A DNA stretch of 64,000 nucleotides from Chitinophagaceae bacterium (GTDB lineage Bacteria; Bacteroidota; Bacteroidia; Chitinophagales; Chitinophagaceae). Shown one piece after another: positions 37,638 to 48,500 of this stretch. The DNA lies in assembly GCA_947447465.1 (NCBI GenBank), contig CANFKE010000014.1, positions 8,531 through 72,530 on the forward strand, in the 5' to 3' direction. The notes under the pieces were generated by a model, which saw only the letters and a list, made by a program, of their open reading frames with translations, was not told the DNA's origin and did not search any database. Positions within the stretch are counted from its first letter, which is position 1. The number at the start of each line of letters is the position of its first letter. The translations under genes were made by a program, and so were the position numbers.

Positions 37638-39020
37638 ATGAGAATATTCTCCTTGCTCATTGTCATTCTTTTACTGTGCGGGCTGCATGCGAGCGCTCAG
37701 TATGACACCCGCATCAAACACATACCCAAGCACAAACCAACTGACTCGGCCGACTATGACGATGGAGATGACGATATGGACGATGAAATGGACATGAGCG
37801 ACCAACACAGGAAAATGAGATCCATGCCTGCGGCACTCTCTTTATACCAGCCCATGAACAGGAACGGATCGGGCACAAGCTGGTTGCCCGATGCCACACC
37901 TATGTATGGCTATTTGCAACACTATAAAGAATGGATGTTCCTATTTCATGGTGATGTGTTCATCCGCTACAACAAGCAAGACCTGATGAACGCAGGCAGC
38001 CGGGGAGGAACGAAATTTGATGCACCGGATATGCTGATGGGGATGGTCCAAAGAAAGATAGGTGAGAAGGGGCTGCTGCACTTCAATGTGATGCTATCAA
38101 CAGATGCTATTATTGCCGGCGGCGAAGGTTATCCGCTTTTGTTTCAGACCGGCGAAACATGGCAAGGCCGCCCGCTTGTTAACCGCCAACATCCGCATGA
38201 TCTGTTCTCTGAATTATCTGTCAGCTATGCCTATGCTATTTCTGACAGAGCTGACGCCTACATGTATATCGGTTATCCGGGAGAGCCTGCCCTGGGCCCC
38301 GTCACGTTCATGCACAGAACATCGGGCATGTTCGGACCCGACGCACCTATAGGCCATCATTGGCAAGATGCTACACACATAACATTGGGCGTGGCAACAC
38401 TGGGTATTCGTTACGGAAAATTCAAACTCGAAGGATCTTCATTTACAGGCAGAGAACCTGATGAACACCGATATGGTTTTGACAAACCACTATTCAATTC
38501 ATTCAGCGGCAGGGTATCCTATAACCCCAACAATAATTGGGCATTGCAAGTATCTTCAGGCTATATCAAAAGTCCTGAAGCACTGACACCGCACAAGGAC
38601 ATTTTCAGAAATACGGCATCTGCTACGTGTGTATATCCGATGAGCAGGAACAAATATTTTACAGCGTCAGCCGTGTTTGGACAGAATATGTTTGCAAGTC
38701 AGAACCCATCTAATTCGGCACTATTGGAAGCATCTCTGAGAGTAAAAAAACTGGCCATTTATACCCGATATGAATTCGTACAAAAAACGGGAGAGGACCT
38801 GAACCTGCCGGCTATAGCCTATCGACTTGACAAACAATTTCCTATTCATGCACTAACTGTTGGCGGCAGCTATGACCTGTATCATTTTAAAGGCATTACT
38901 ATGGCTGCAGGCGGACAATTTGCGGCGTATAAAGCTGATGCAGCGCTTAACGGGCTGTATGGCAAGATGCCTGTTTCGGGAGAATTATTCCTTCATTTTT
39001 ATCCCAAGCTAATGAACTAG
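37638..39020 (+). CDS. Conserved hypothetical outer-membrane beta-barrel-like protein with an Asp/Met-rich N-terminal segment
   Basis: Signal peptide; DYDDGDDDMDDEMDMSDQH; GSGTSWLPD, QHPHDLFSELS and HHWQDATHIT motifs; amphipathic strands. Confidence 0.75.
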   Translation: MRIFSLLIVILLLCGLHASAQYDTRIKHIPKHKPTDSADYDDGDDDMDDEMDMSDQHRKMRSMPAALSLYQPMNRNGSGTSWLPDATPMYGYLQHYKEWMFLFHGDVFIRYNKQDLMNAGSRGGTKFDAPDMLMGMVQRKIGEKGLLHFNVMLSTDAIIAGGEGYPLLFQTGETWQGRPLVNRQHPHDLFSELSVSYAYAISDRADAYMYIGYPGEPALGPVTFMHRTSGMFGPDAPIGHHWQDATHITLGVATLGIRYGKFKLEGSSFTGREPDEHRYGFDKPLFNSFSGRVSYNPNNNWALQVSSGYIKSPEALTPHKDIFRNTASATCVYPMSRNKYFTASAVFGQNMFASQNPSNSALLEASLRVKKLAIYTRYEFVQKTGEDLNLPAIAYRLDKQFPIHALTVGGSYDLYHFKGITMAAGGQFAAYKADAALNGLYGKMPVSGELFLHFYPKLMN

Positions 39021-39105
39021 CCGAATAGTGGGCATTTATTGCACTGTCCTATTTACCTTTGCAGCCATTTAATTGCAGGACCACTGCTTTCTGATCGTTT
39101 TACTT

Positions 39106-39714
39106 ATGAGTACATTATCCTTATTTGCCCAACCCTTCGTATCTGCTTTTATAGGCTGGTTCACAACGTGGCTGGCCTTTTATATGCTGTTCCATCCGCG
39201 CAAACCTATCCGTATATTCGGACTGACGATACAGGGTATCTTCCCTAAACGCCAGCATATCTTTGCTATAAAACTGGGTAATGTAGTAGCCAATGACCTG
39301 CTGAATGCCACAGAGATAGCTGCTAAGATCAAAGACCCAGAGCAACTGGCATCGGTAATGCCCGATATAGAAAAACACATTGACACCTTCCTCAATACCC
39401 GACTTAAAGAAAAGTTACCGGTCATTGCCATGTTCGTAGGACAGGGTATGCTGGAAAAAGTAAAGGAGAGCCTGATGGAAGAGATACAGGTAATGCTGCC
39501 GGAAGTAATAGGCAAGTATGCCGACAACCTGGTACATAAAATAGATGTACAGAAAATGGTCACCGAAAAAGTGGCCGGATTCTCGTCAGACAAGCTGGAG
39601 GAAATACTATCTGCGGTAATGAAGCGGGAGTTCAGATTGATCGAAGCTATCTGCGGTGTATTCGGCTTCCTTATAGGCTTGATACAGGTAGGTCTGTCGT
39701 TCGTACATTTCTAA
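39106..39714 (+). CDS. DUF445 family membrane protein
   Basis: FIGWFTTWLA..MLFHP, QGIFPKRQ and IEAICGVFGFLIGLIQ motifs; ATG 39106 after -7 box TACCTTTG. Confidence 0.88.
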   Translation: MSTLSLFAQPFVSAFIGWFTTWLAFYMLFHPRKPIRIFGLTIQGIFPKRQHIFAIKLGNVVANDLLNATEIAAKIKDPEQLASVMPDIEKHIDTFLNTRLKEKLPVIAMFVGQGMLEKVKESLMEEIQVMLPEVIGKYADNLVHKIDVQKMVTEKVAGFSSDKLEEILSAVMKREFRLIEAICGVFGFLIGLIQVGLSFVHF

Positions 39715-39719
39715 GCGCA

Positions 39720-40556
39720 TTATAACAGCAATACCAGTAGCGCATAAACGATCATAACGCCATCGGCATATAAGAGGTAATTGCGTTCGCTGTTATGTGT
39801 CTTCAGGTATTCCGCTACTACTCTTGTTACTATTGCCGTAACGATCACTGCTACCAGCCTGTAACAGATAGGATAACGCATGTACTGCACTACCCCGGCC
39901 ACAACAAATAACAATAGTGAAGCATTGATGACCAGATAACTGTTTCTAAGCCCTACCAACTGCGGAAAGGTTTTGATATTGCGCGCGCTGTCTTCCTTTA
40001 CATCACGAATATCGAAGATGATACAGAGAGTAAAGATGAACAGAAAGCGGATAGCTATCTCGTAAGGATAATCGCTTAAATGTCTTTGCCAGTATAGCAT
40101 AGGGAGCACTGAAGTAACGATCGTCCAGACTGCGGCCAGTGATAATATCTTGAGCCAGCCAAAGTCCCTTATTCTCTTCTTTGTCTTAAAAGGCAACAAC
40201 GGCAATGAATACGCGAAAGATATACCGCCCAGCAAAGCACATGCCCACAGCAGCCTGCCCGATAATGCCGACAATCCGTTCATAGCTATCCACATACCCA
40301 ATATAGACATGATCGTATATACCTGCCGATGATAGGAGGTGACACTTGGCAAGCCAACCGCTGTTGAGGTGCGCCTGCGAATGGCCTTGTGCAGATTATA
40401 AACAACAAGTGTGCACCCCAGCACCAGCATGTCCAGTTTATTGAACCACGGGATAGGAATATCATTGATCAATCGCTCGGTGGCCATACACAGCCCCATA
40501 GCGCAAAGTGCGGTAAGTGAGCTTGTCAATAAAAACCAGTCGAGCAGTTTTTTCAT
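39720..40556 (-). CDS. UbiA prenyltransferase-like membrane protein
   Basis: About 8 TM helices; YSLP and IIFDIRDVKED..NIKTFP..VG aspartate-rich motif. Confidence 0.7.
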   Translation of the reverse strand: MKKLLDWFLLTSSLTALCAMGLCMATERLINDIPIPWFNKLDMLVLGCTLVVYNLHKAIRRRTSTAVGLPSVTSYHRQVYTIMSILGMWIAMNGLSALSGRLLWACALLGGISFAYSLPLLPFKTKKRIRDFGWLKILSLAAVWTIVTSVLPMLYWQRHLSDYPYEIAIRFLFIFTLCIIFDIRDVKEDSARNIKTFPQLVGLRNSYLVINASLLLFVVAGVVQYMRYPICYRLVAVIVTAIVTRVVAEYLKTHNSERNYLLYADGVMIVYALLVLLL

Positions 40557-40614
40557 GATTGAATTTGGTGCAGTAAAAGTCGCGAATATCGGGGATAAAG
40601 TAATATTGATAATT

Positions 40615-40646
40615 ATGAAGCCCCGAACGCAGGTCCGGGGCTTCAT
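40615..40646 (-). terminator. Terminator-like hairpin downstream of the carboxyltransferase gene
   Basis: Minus strand reads ATGAAGCCCCGGAC-CTGC-GTTCGGGGCTTCAT. Confidence 0.75.
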
Positions 40647-40674
40647 TTATTTCATAAAAAATCTTGGGTCATCC

Positions 40675-42213
40675 TTACAGAGGCACATTACCGTGCTTGC
40701 GCTTAGGGCTGGCCACTACTTTGTTCTCCAGCATTTTGTATGCTCTGATCAGTTTCTGGCGGGTAGCTTCAGGAAGTATCACTTCATCAACAAAACCTCT
40801 TCCGGCAGCAACATACGGGTTGGCGAACTTATCAATGTATTCTGCTTCTTTTTCTGCGATCTTAGAGTACTGGTCTTTCGCTTCTGAAATTTCTTTCTTG
40901 AAGATGATCTCAGAGGCGCCCTTAGCACCCATTACCGCTATCTCGGCAGTAGGCCATGCATAATTAACATCCGCACCGATATGCTTTGAGTTCATCACAT
41001 CATAAGCACCACCATAAGCCTTACGGGTAATAACGGTGATCTTAGGCACTGTAGCTTCGCTCAATGCATATAACAGCTTAGCGCCATTGATGATGATACC
41101 CTGCCACTCCTGGTCGGTACCCGGCAGGAAGCCCGGCACATCTACCAACACCAGCAACGGAATATTGAAGGCATCGCAGAAACGGGTGAAACGCGCGCCC
41201 TTGCGGCTGGCATTATTATCTAGCACACCGGCAAGATATGCAGGCTGATTGGCCACGATACCTATGCTGCGACCACCAATGCGGGCAAAACCTACCACTA
41301 TATTCTCAGCCCATTCTTTATGCACTTCGAGGAAAGAATCTGTATCTACTATCTCCGCAATAACATCTTTGATGTCATACGGTTGATTAGGATTTTCAGG
41401 TATGATGGTATTCAGTGCAGCTCTTGTCTCATTACCTGCTTCATAAGGATATACCGGAGCATCGTCCTCGCAATTCTGCGGCATGTAGCTGAGCAGGTTC
41501 TTGATATTCTCTATACACTCTATTTCATTGGCACATGCAAAATGCGTCACCCCTGATTTAGACGCATGAGTATGCGCACCACCCAACTCTTCGCTGGTAA
41601 CGGTCTCGTGTGTTACTGTCTTTACCACATTAGGTCCTGTAACGAACATGTAAGAGGTATTCTCCACCATCATGATGAAGTCGGTAATAGCAGGAGAATA
41701 CACAGCACCACCGGCGCACGGGCCCATGATAGCAGATATCTGCGGTATCACACCCGATGCTTTTACATTGCGATGAAAGATATCGGCATAACCACCCAGA
41801 GATACTACACCTTCCTGAATACGCGCGCCACCGCTATCGTTCAATCCTATCAACGGAGCACCATTCTGCATGGCAAGGTCCATTACCTTCACTATCTTCT
41901 CCGCATGTGTTTCGCTCAGGCTACCACCAAATACGGTGAAATCCTGTGAGAAAACATAGATCAGGCGGCCATTGACGGTACCATATCCGGTAACGACACC
42001 ATCACCCAGATACACTTCCTTCTCCATATCAAAGTCGTGGCTTCTGTGTGTCACCAACATGCCTATCTCTTCAAAAGAACCTTCATCAAGCAATAACAAC
42101 AGCCTTTCGCGTGCTGTAAGCTTGCCCTTCTTATGCTGTGATTCTATTCTTTTAGCACCACCACCCAGATGGGCCTCTTTTATCTTTTCTTTGAGAATAC
42201 TTACTTTATCCAT
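40675..42213 (-). CDS. pccB: Acyl-CoA (propionyl-CoA) carboxylase beta/carboxyltransferase subunit
   Basis: [45 protein letters not shown] and RKAYGGAY motifs; ends RKHGNVPL. Confidence 0.93.
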   Translation of the reverse strand: MDKVSILKEKIKEAHLGGGAKRIESQHKKGKLTARERLLLLLDEGSFEEIGMLVTHRSHDFDMEKEVYLGDGVVTGYGTVNGRLIYVFSQDFTVFGGSLSETHAEKIVKVMDLAMQNGAPLIGLNDSGGARIQEGVVSLGGYADIFHRNVKASGVIPQISAIMGPCAGGAVYSPAITDFIMMVENTSYMFVTGPNVVKTVTHETVTSEELGGAHTHASKSGVTHFACANEIECIENIKNLLSYMPQNCEDDAPVYPYEAGNETRAALNTIIPENPNQPYDIKDVIAEIVDTDSFLEVHKEWAENIVVGFARIGGRSIGIVANQPAYLAGVLDNNASRKGARFTRFCDAFNIPLLVLVDVPGFLPGTDQEWQGIIINGAKLLYALSEATVPKITVITRKAYGGAYDVMNSKHIGADVNYAWPTAEIAVMGAKGASEIIFKKEISEAKDQYSKIAEKEAEYIDKFANPYVAAGRGFVDEVILPEATRQKLIRAYKMLENKVVASPKRKHGNVPL

Positions 42214-42293
42214 GATTATTATATAAAATGACCAAACAAACCTAACACAAAAATGTTTGAGAACAAGTGACTTAAGCTATAATCTACACATAA

Positions 42294-43607
42294 TTAGCTA
42301 ATATCCTTATCTGCTGCCCATGCGGGCAAAGCCTCCGCTAATACTTCCATTTTGCTGCCCCGCGACCCTTTTATGAGTATAGAACTACCCGATGGTGGTT
42401 GCAATGCTACATGAGCTGCCGCCTGCGCAGAGTTCTCGAACCACTGATGACCGCCCTTAACATCGGCAAATTCTTTACCCACAAGTATCACGCCTGCCCA
42501 TTGGTACTTATCAATGAGTGCTACCAATTCCTCATGTTCATGATGTTCCTCCGCGCCCATTTCTTTCATCCCCCCTATCCACAACATTTTAGCGGGAAGA
42601 TCGGCCGAAGCGAAGTTCTCAATGGCCGCCTTCATGCTGGTAGGATTAGCGTTGTAGGCATCCATTATTACCTGATTGCTCCCCTTTTTCATCCACTGAG
42701 ACCTGCTGTTGTCGGGGTTATAGGCCATCAGTGCGGACTGTATGTCCTCCATACTAACGCCAAAGTAAGTACCTGCCGCAATGGCCAGCATTACATTGGG
42801 GAAATTGTACTCACCCACCAGATTGGTGGCAATAGCATTTGTTTCTTCCGGGGTATCTACTTCGAGATGCAAAAAGACACCTTTCATGACCGGCCTGCCG
42901 GTATATAGGGCGTCAGACAGACCATAAGTTATCTGGTCGTTGATATCATGAGCCATAGGCCCGAGGTAGTCGAGCCCTGTATTCCTGAATATTTTGCCGC
43001 CATTTCCACGAATAAAATCGAACAGTTCACCTTTACCCTTACGCACGCCTTCTATGCCGCCAAATCCCTCGATATGGGCCTTTCCGCAATTGGTGATCAC
43101 ACCATAGTCGGGCAAGGCAATACGGCAATAGGCAGCTATTTCCTGTTGGTGGTTGGCGCCCATCTCTATGATGGCCATCTGTGCATCCTGCTTTATCTTC
43201 AGAAGGGTCAGCGGCACACCTATATGATTGTTCAGATTACCTTCAGTAGCATAGGTAATGTACTTTCTGCTCAACACCGCGGCCAGCAATTCTTTGGTCG
43301 TGGTTTTACCATTAGAGCCTGTAATGGCAATGAAAGGAATGGTCAATTGTTGTCGGTGATACTTCGCTAATTGCTGCAGGGTATCTAGCGCATCTGCAAC
43401 TACAATACAACGGTCGTTTACAGCGTATTGCGGCTTATCTATAACGGCATATGCGGCACCCTTTGCCAATGCTTCCCCGGCAAAAGTATTGCCATCAAAA
43501 TTGGGACCGCTCAATGCGAAATAGATATCACCCTCCTTGATCTTTCTGGTATCGGTCTGAACTGCCGGATACTTCAGATAAATATCATACAATGCCGGTA
43601 TTTCCAC
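42294..43607 (-). CDS. murF: UDP-MurNAc-tripeptide--D-Ala-D-Ala ligase
   Basis: TDTRKI, ITGSNGKTTTKE, GNLNNHIGVP, EMGANH, DAYNANPTSM and KGSRG motifs; GTG start at 43607 (the ORF-track extension overlaps the gldJ terminator). Confidence 0.96.
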   Translation of the reverse strand: MEIPALYDIYLKYPAVQTDTRKIKEGDIYFALSGPNFDGNTFAGEALAKGAAYAVIDKPQYAVNDRCIVVADALDTLQQLAKYHRQQLTIPFIAITGSNGKTTTKELLAAVLSRKYITYATEGNLNNHIGVPLTLLKIKQDAQMAIIEMGANHQQEIAAYCRIALPDYGVITNCGKAHIEGFGGIEGVRKGKGELFDFIRGNGGKIFRNTGLDYLGPMAHDINDQITYGLSDALYTGRPVMKGVFLHLEVDTPEETNAIATNLVGEYNFPNVMLAIAAGTYFGVSMEDIQSALMAYNPDNSRSQWMKKGSNQVIMDAYNANPTSMKAAIENFASADLPAKMLWIGGMKEMGAEEHHEHEELVALIDKYQWAGVILVGKEFADVKGGHQWFENSAQAAAHVALQPPSGSSILIKGSRGSKMEVLAEALPAWAADKDIS

Positions 43608-43633
43608 TATCAGTATTTTATGGTAAAAATAAA

Positions 43634-43662
43634 CAACCCCCTTCGTATTACGAAGGGGGTTG
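43634..43662 (-). terminator. Intrinsic terminator of gldJ
   Basis: CAACCCCCTTCGT-ATT-ACGAAGGGGGTTG with a T-run on the minus strand. Confidence 0.85.
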
Positions 43663-43691
43663 CAAGAGTTATTCAATATTAGTTACTGTTA

Positions 43692-45251
43692 TTAACGTCT
43701 GTGGTTCTTTTCGCGACCAAATCCGTTACCGGCAGGCTCATTGTTACCATTAGGGCTACCCAAACGATCAACTACGCAACGGAAACCGATAGTGTTAGTT
43801 GACATGTTACCCTGAATGTAACGGCGAGTACCCGGAGCCAACCAATATGCGCGGTCAGCCCATGATCCACCCTTATAGACCTTAGTAGAATCGTTGATCA
43901 ATGTGTTCACACCATACTGATAGAAACCATCGTTCATTGTACCACCTGCATAAGATGTATCACCATCCTTGTAGCCATGTAAGCCGCTGCTTCTGATCTG
44001 ACGACCTTGCTGAGCTGCTTCATTAGCAGGAACACGCTGGTAAGGTACATGACCTGTAGAGTCTCTTTCTTCTACAGTACCATCTTCCTGGAATTGTTGT
44101 CTCTGGTAATCGTTACCACGGAAAGAACGGAAGTCAGCAGCGTCTGTGTGCGTGTTAGGACGGTAAGTATCCATAACCCACTCGTTAACGTTACCTGCCA
44201 TGTTATAAAGACCCAAAGCATTCGGATGGTAAGTTCTAACCTTAGCAGTGATATCTGCGTTATCATTAAGACCACCGGCAACACCCATGTAGTCACCGGC
44301 ACCTCTCATGAAGTTACCCATGAACTCACCCTGATACATGTTGTGGATATCGTAACGAGTTGTATTTCTAGGACCCCAACCATAAACGTTGTTGTCTGTA
44401 ACAACTTCCTCACCACGACGACGCTTAGTTTCAGGAGCCGGGTTGTTACCTGCAGAACCAAGTGCTGCATATTCCCACTCAGCTTCTGTTGGCAGGCGAT
44501 AGTCAGGCATGAAGATACCGTCAGAATAATTGTAAGGACGAGTACCAGAACCGTTCGCATCAAGATCCGGCTTCAAGCGAGGACCATTGCTACCCTGATA
44601 CTGACCATTCATATAAGTTTCAGTAGTGAATACGTCTTCACCTGTCTGGTTGATGTTTGGAGTCAATGCACCTGCCTGAATGAGCAAATACTCATTAACG
44701 CGGTCAGTGCGCCATTTACAATAATCAGTTGCCTGATACCAGTTAACACCTACAACCGGATAATCATCATAAGCAGCCGCACGGAAGTAATTCTTTACGT
44801 AAGGCTCGTTATAACCCAGTGGAGAACGCCATACAGTAGAGTCAGGCAAAGCTGCTGTAACTACTTCCGGTATGTCATTGGCATAGGCACGACCCAACCA
44901 ATAGATGTATTCGCGATAGCTGATGTTTGCCAATTCCGTTTCATCCATATAGAATGAAGAAACAGACACTGTACGTCTTGTATTGTTATTTTCAAGAGTT
45001 GGCATTTCATCGTCCTTGGCACCCATGGTAAAACGACCACCCTGAACGAGAGTCATACCTACCGGGGTTTGCTGACCCTGATATCCTAAAGCCACATCAA
45101 AACCACCCCAACGGCGGTCATTTAATGGCCAACCGGTAGTCTTAGAAAACCCATCTCCTTTACCTTCCCTACGTGAACGGGAAGAACATGCAGAAAAAAA
45201 TGTGGAAACTCCAATACACAGTAAAGTGACGCCTATTAATTTTCTTTTCAT
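43692..45251 (-). CDS. gldJ: Gliding motility lipoprotein GldJ (SUMF1/FGE-sulfatase domain)
   Basis: Lipobox FFSAC; VSSFYMDETE, YPVVGVNW, YRLPTEAEWEYAA, GLYNMAGNVNEW and IGFRC motifs; position between murF and porU matches the conserved gldJ synteny. Confidence 0.88.
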   Translation of the reverse strand: MKRKLIGVTLLCIGVSTFFSACSSRSRREGKGDGFSKTTGWPLNDRRWGGFDVALGYQGQQTPVGMTLVQGGRFTMGAKDDEMPTLENNNTRRTVSVSSFYMDETELANISYREYIYWLGRAYANDIPEVVTAALPDSTVWRSPLGYNEPYVKNYFRAAAYDDYPVVGVNWYQATDYCKWRTDRVNEYLLIQAGALTPNINQTGEDVFTTETYMNGQYQGSNGPRLKPDLDANGSGTRPYNYSDGIFMPDYRLPTEAEWEYAALGSAGNNPAPETKRRRGEEVVTDNNVYGWGPRNTTRYDIHNMYQGEFMGNFMRGAGDYMGVAGGLNDNADITAKVRTYHPNALGLYNMAGNVNEWVMDTYRPNTHTDAADFRSFRGNDYQRQQFQEDGTVEERDSTGHVPYQRVPANEAAQQGRQIRSSGLHGYKDGDTSYAGGTMNDGFYQYGVNTLINDSTKVYKGGSWADRAYWLAPGTRRYIQGNMSTNTIGFRCVVDRLGSPNGNNEPAGNGFGREKNHRR

Positions 45252-45526
45252 AATAAAACTGAAAGATTTGACGGTATTAGTCTGACAAACTGTTAAATCA
45301 AGGAACAATGTTAGTACTTTCTTTTCAGATTTTCAAGCATTACAAGCCATAAAAATAAAATTTACGCAAATAATTCTTTTATCCACACAAAATATACGTT
45401 AAATTTTATCGTTATCATAAGCCGATAATTGCCTTTCCTCAACCTTTCTGAGCATATTTGAGTAATTTTGAGAACGAGGTTTTTTGCCGGTTGAAAAATT
45501 TCAAAAAATAATTGACCCCGGGTTAT

Positions 45527-48500
45527 ATGAAAAAAAATATTATTAACTATTCTGCCCTTTTGCTGCTTTCTATGGCAGCAATATCACCTGCGCATGCCTA
45601 TGTCACTAATTGCAAGGTAAGTAGTCAGGATATACAGACCGGTTATGTATCGCAAAAAGTATGGCTGAAGTCATATGCGATGCCTAAGGTCGTAGTCTCT
45701 GATCTCACTTATACTACCGGCGTAACACTCCCTGACAATGTAGCTACCGGTAATCAGAGTGATGTGATCGTAAGATTGGGCATGGAAAGGAAAAAGCCTT
45801 TTGCAGTTATCAGCATACCGGCATACAAAGCCAATGGCACTTCAGGCCGGGCAGACCAGGTTGCCGGATTTACATTAGATATTACCGAAGCTGATGCACC
45901 GGCCACAGATGCGTCAGCCAAATCAACAACGGTCACCAATTCTGTATTATCAACCGGCACGTGGTATAAGATAGGTATCACCAAGACAGGATTGTATAAG
46001 CTGGATGCGGCATTCTTTACCTCAATGGGCGTCAACATCGCAGATATCAATCCCGCCAACATAAGGATATTCGGTAATGGCGGCACCATGCTGTCGGAAG
46101 ACAATGCACAGCCACGTATCAATGACCTTGCCGAAAACAATATATGGGTCAACGACGGTGGCGACAATGCCTTCAACAGTAATGACTATGTAGTATTATA
46201 TGGTTCAGGCCCTACCGCATTGGTCAAAGACAGTGCCCGTCAGCGCTTCACCCACCTCAATAACCTCTATACAGATACCGCTTATTATTTTATAACGCTG
46301 AATAGTGGTGCTGGCGCGCGTGTACAGACCCAAAGCTCAGTACCTACCGCCAATACCACCGCAACGACATTCAATTATTTTGATGTCAATGATATGGACC
46401 TCATTAACCCGACAGGATACAGTAAATCGTGGTTCAATGAAAAATATTCACCGGACATCAATTTGAGTACCAAATCTTACAGCTTTGATCTGGGAGATAA
46501 TATTGCCAATCTGGAATGTAAGATAAAATTCGCCTGCCATCAGGAAGGTGCGAACAGCAGTATCAATACAACATTCAACGGAGCACCTATGGGCACCTAT
46601 GTGTTCAATAACCCTACTCCCGCCATTGCTGATATATTACTCACGCACATTGCCCCGGTGTGGAATGTGGCCTGCAACTCGAATACAGCCAATATTACGA
46701 TCACGTTCAATGCATCTGCGGCAGACCCTTCTGCTAAAGGGTTCTTGGATTATATAGAGATCAATGGCCGCAGGAATCTGAACATGACGGGCAATCAGCT
46801 CAATTTCAGAGACTGGGCAAGTACAGGAGCAGGTAAGATCACTAACTACCAGCTCACAGGTGCCAACGGCTTTACTAAGGTATGGGACGTTACAGACCCT
46901 ATACATCCTATACTCATGCAAGGATCGCTCAGTGGCAGTACTTATTCATTTACTCAGAATGCCAATATGCTGCATGAGTTCGTGGCCATGAACAATGAAG
47001 CGCTCTATAGTGCCTACTACATTGGAGGTGTACCTAATCAAAACCTTCATGCTACGGCACCGGCAGATTTCATCATCGTTACAGACCCGTCGATGGTCAG
47101 CGCGGCACAGAGACTGGCCGATTTCCATGGCAACCACGACCATCTGCGCACGGCAATAGTGACCACAAAAGATATTTATAATGAATTCTCATCTGGCGCA
47201 CAAGACCTGAGCGCTATCAGAGACTTTGTGCGCATGATGTATAAGAACGCCGGCACAGACACTGCGAACATACCGAGGTATTTTTTATTACTGGGCAGCG
47301 CATCTTATGACTACAAGCATCGCCTGGCCAATAACTGTAATCTCGTGCCGACATTTGAGGCTACCAATGATTCTAATTCTATCAACAGCTTCCTGAGCGA
47401 TGATTTCTATGGCTTCCTCGATGATAATGAGAATATAGAAAATAACAGCATTGTGAACGCACTGGATATCGGCACAGGTCGTATATCAGCCAGAAGTCTT
47501 GCTGTTGCTAATGATGTAGTAGATAAGATCATACATTACAAATCTGCGGCTACCCTGGGTCCGTGGCGCTTGTCCACCACTTTTGCGGCAGACAACAACG
47601 ATGGTGCAGGCTTTCATGCAGGCGATGCGGAAACTATTGCTGCTCAGTTGACACAAAGCACTAAAAATCTGTATAATGAACAAAAGGTCTATCTGGATGT
47701 GATACCGTTTGTAAAAACACCTGCCGGCGACAGATGTCCTAATGCCAATGTAGCTATAAACGACCAGATCTATAAAGGATCTTTTATGATCAACTATAAT
47801 GGTCATGGGCGCAATGACCTGTTGGCTCATGAGCGCATCCTTACACAAGATGATTACAGCCAGTGGTCCAACATCGATATGTTGCCATTCATGATCACTG
47901 CCACCTGCGATTTCGGACAATTCGACCATCCGGAATTCATCTCCGCGGCTGAGAATCTGCTCTTTGATACCAAGGGTGGTGTCATTGCTATGATCACCAC
48001 TACGCAGGCAGTATTCTCTACTTATAATAAGACGATGAATCAGGAATTTGTCTCGTCGCAGTTTACCAGAAATGCCAATGGCACCTGGAATACTTTTGGG
48101 GATGCTGTAAGGGCCGGCAAGAATATGACGTACGTGACACCGCAAATAGAATCGGTGCTGGCCAACTTCCGCAAATGGACATTGCTCGGAGACCCTGCGC
48201 TTACGCCAAACTTCCCTGAAAATAAAGTGATACTGGACAGTATTCTGGACGGCGCTACTATGGAAGCAGCGGACACTGTAAGAGCTTTAGGCAAATACAC
48301 CATTAAAGGCAGTGTGAGAGATAATAACAATGCAATACTGACCAACTTTAATGGCTCACTGACCATGTCTTTCTATGACAAAGCAAGAACAGTTTCCTTC
48401 CCTGCAGGATGTGGTCTCAGTACCTTCCGCATACAGGATAACCTTGTGTATAAAGGCAAGGTATCGGTAACCAACGGTCTCTTCACCATTACCTTCATTA

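Noticed and set aside
44007-44957. 316-aa ORF on the + strand
   Set aside because: Antisense to gldJ; Val/Thr/Ile-rich shadow frame.
45379-45387. Perfect DnaA box TTATCCACA in the gldJ-porU spacer (possible oriC)
   Set aside because: A single box with no visible cluster and no dnaA/gidA/rpmH neighbours; a 9-mer can occur by chance in AT-rich DNA.
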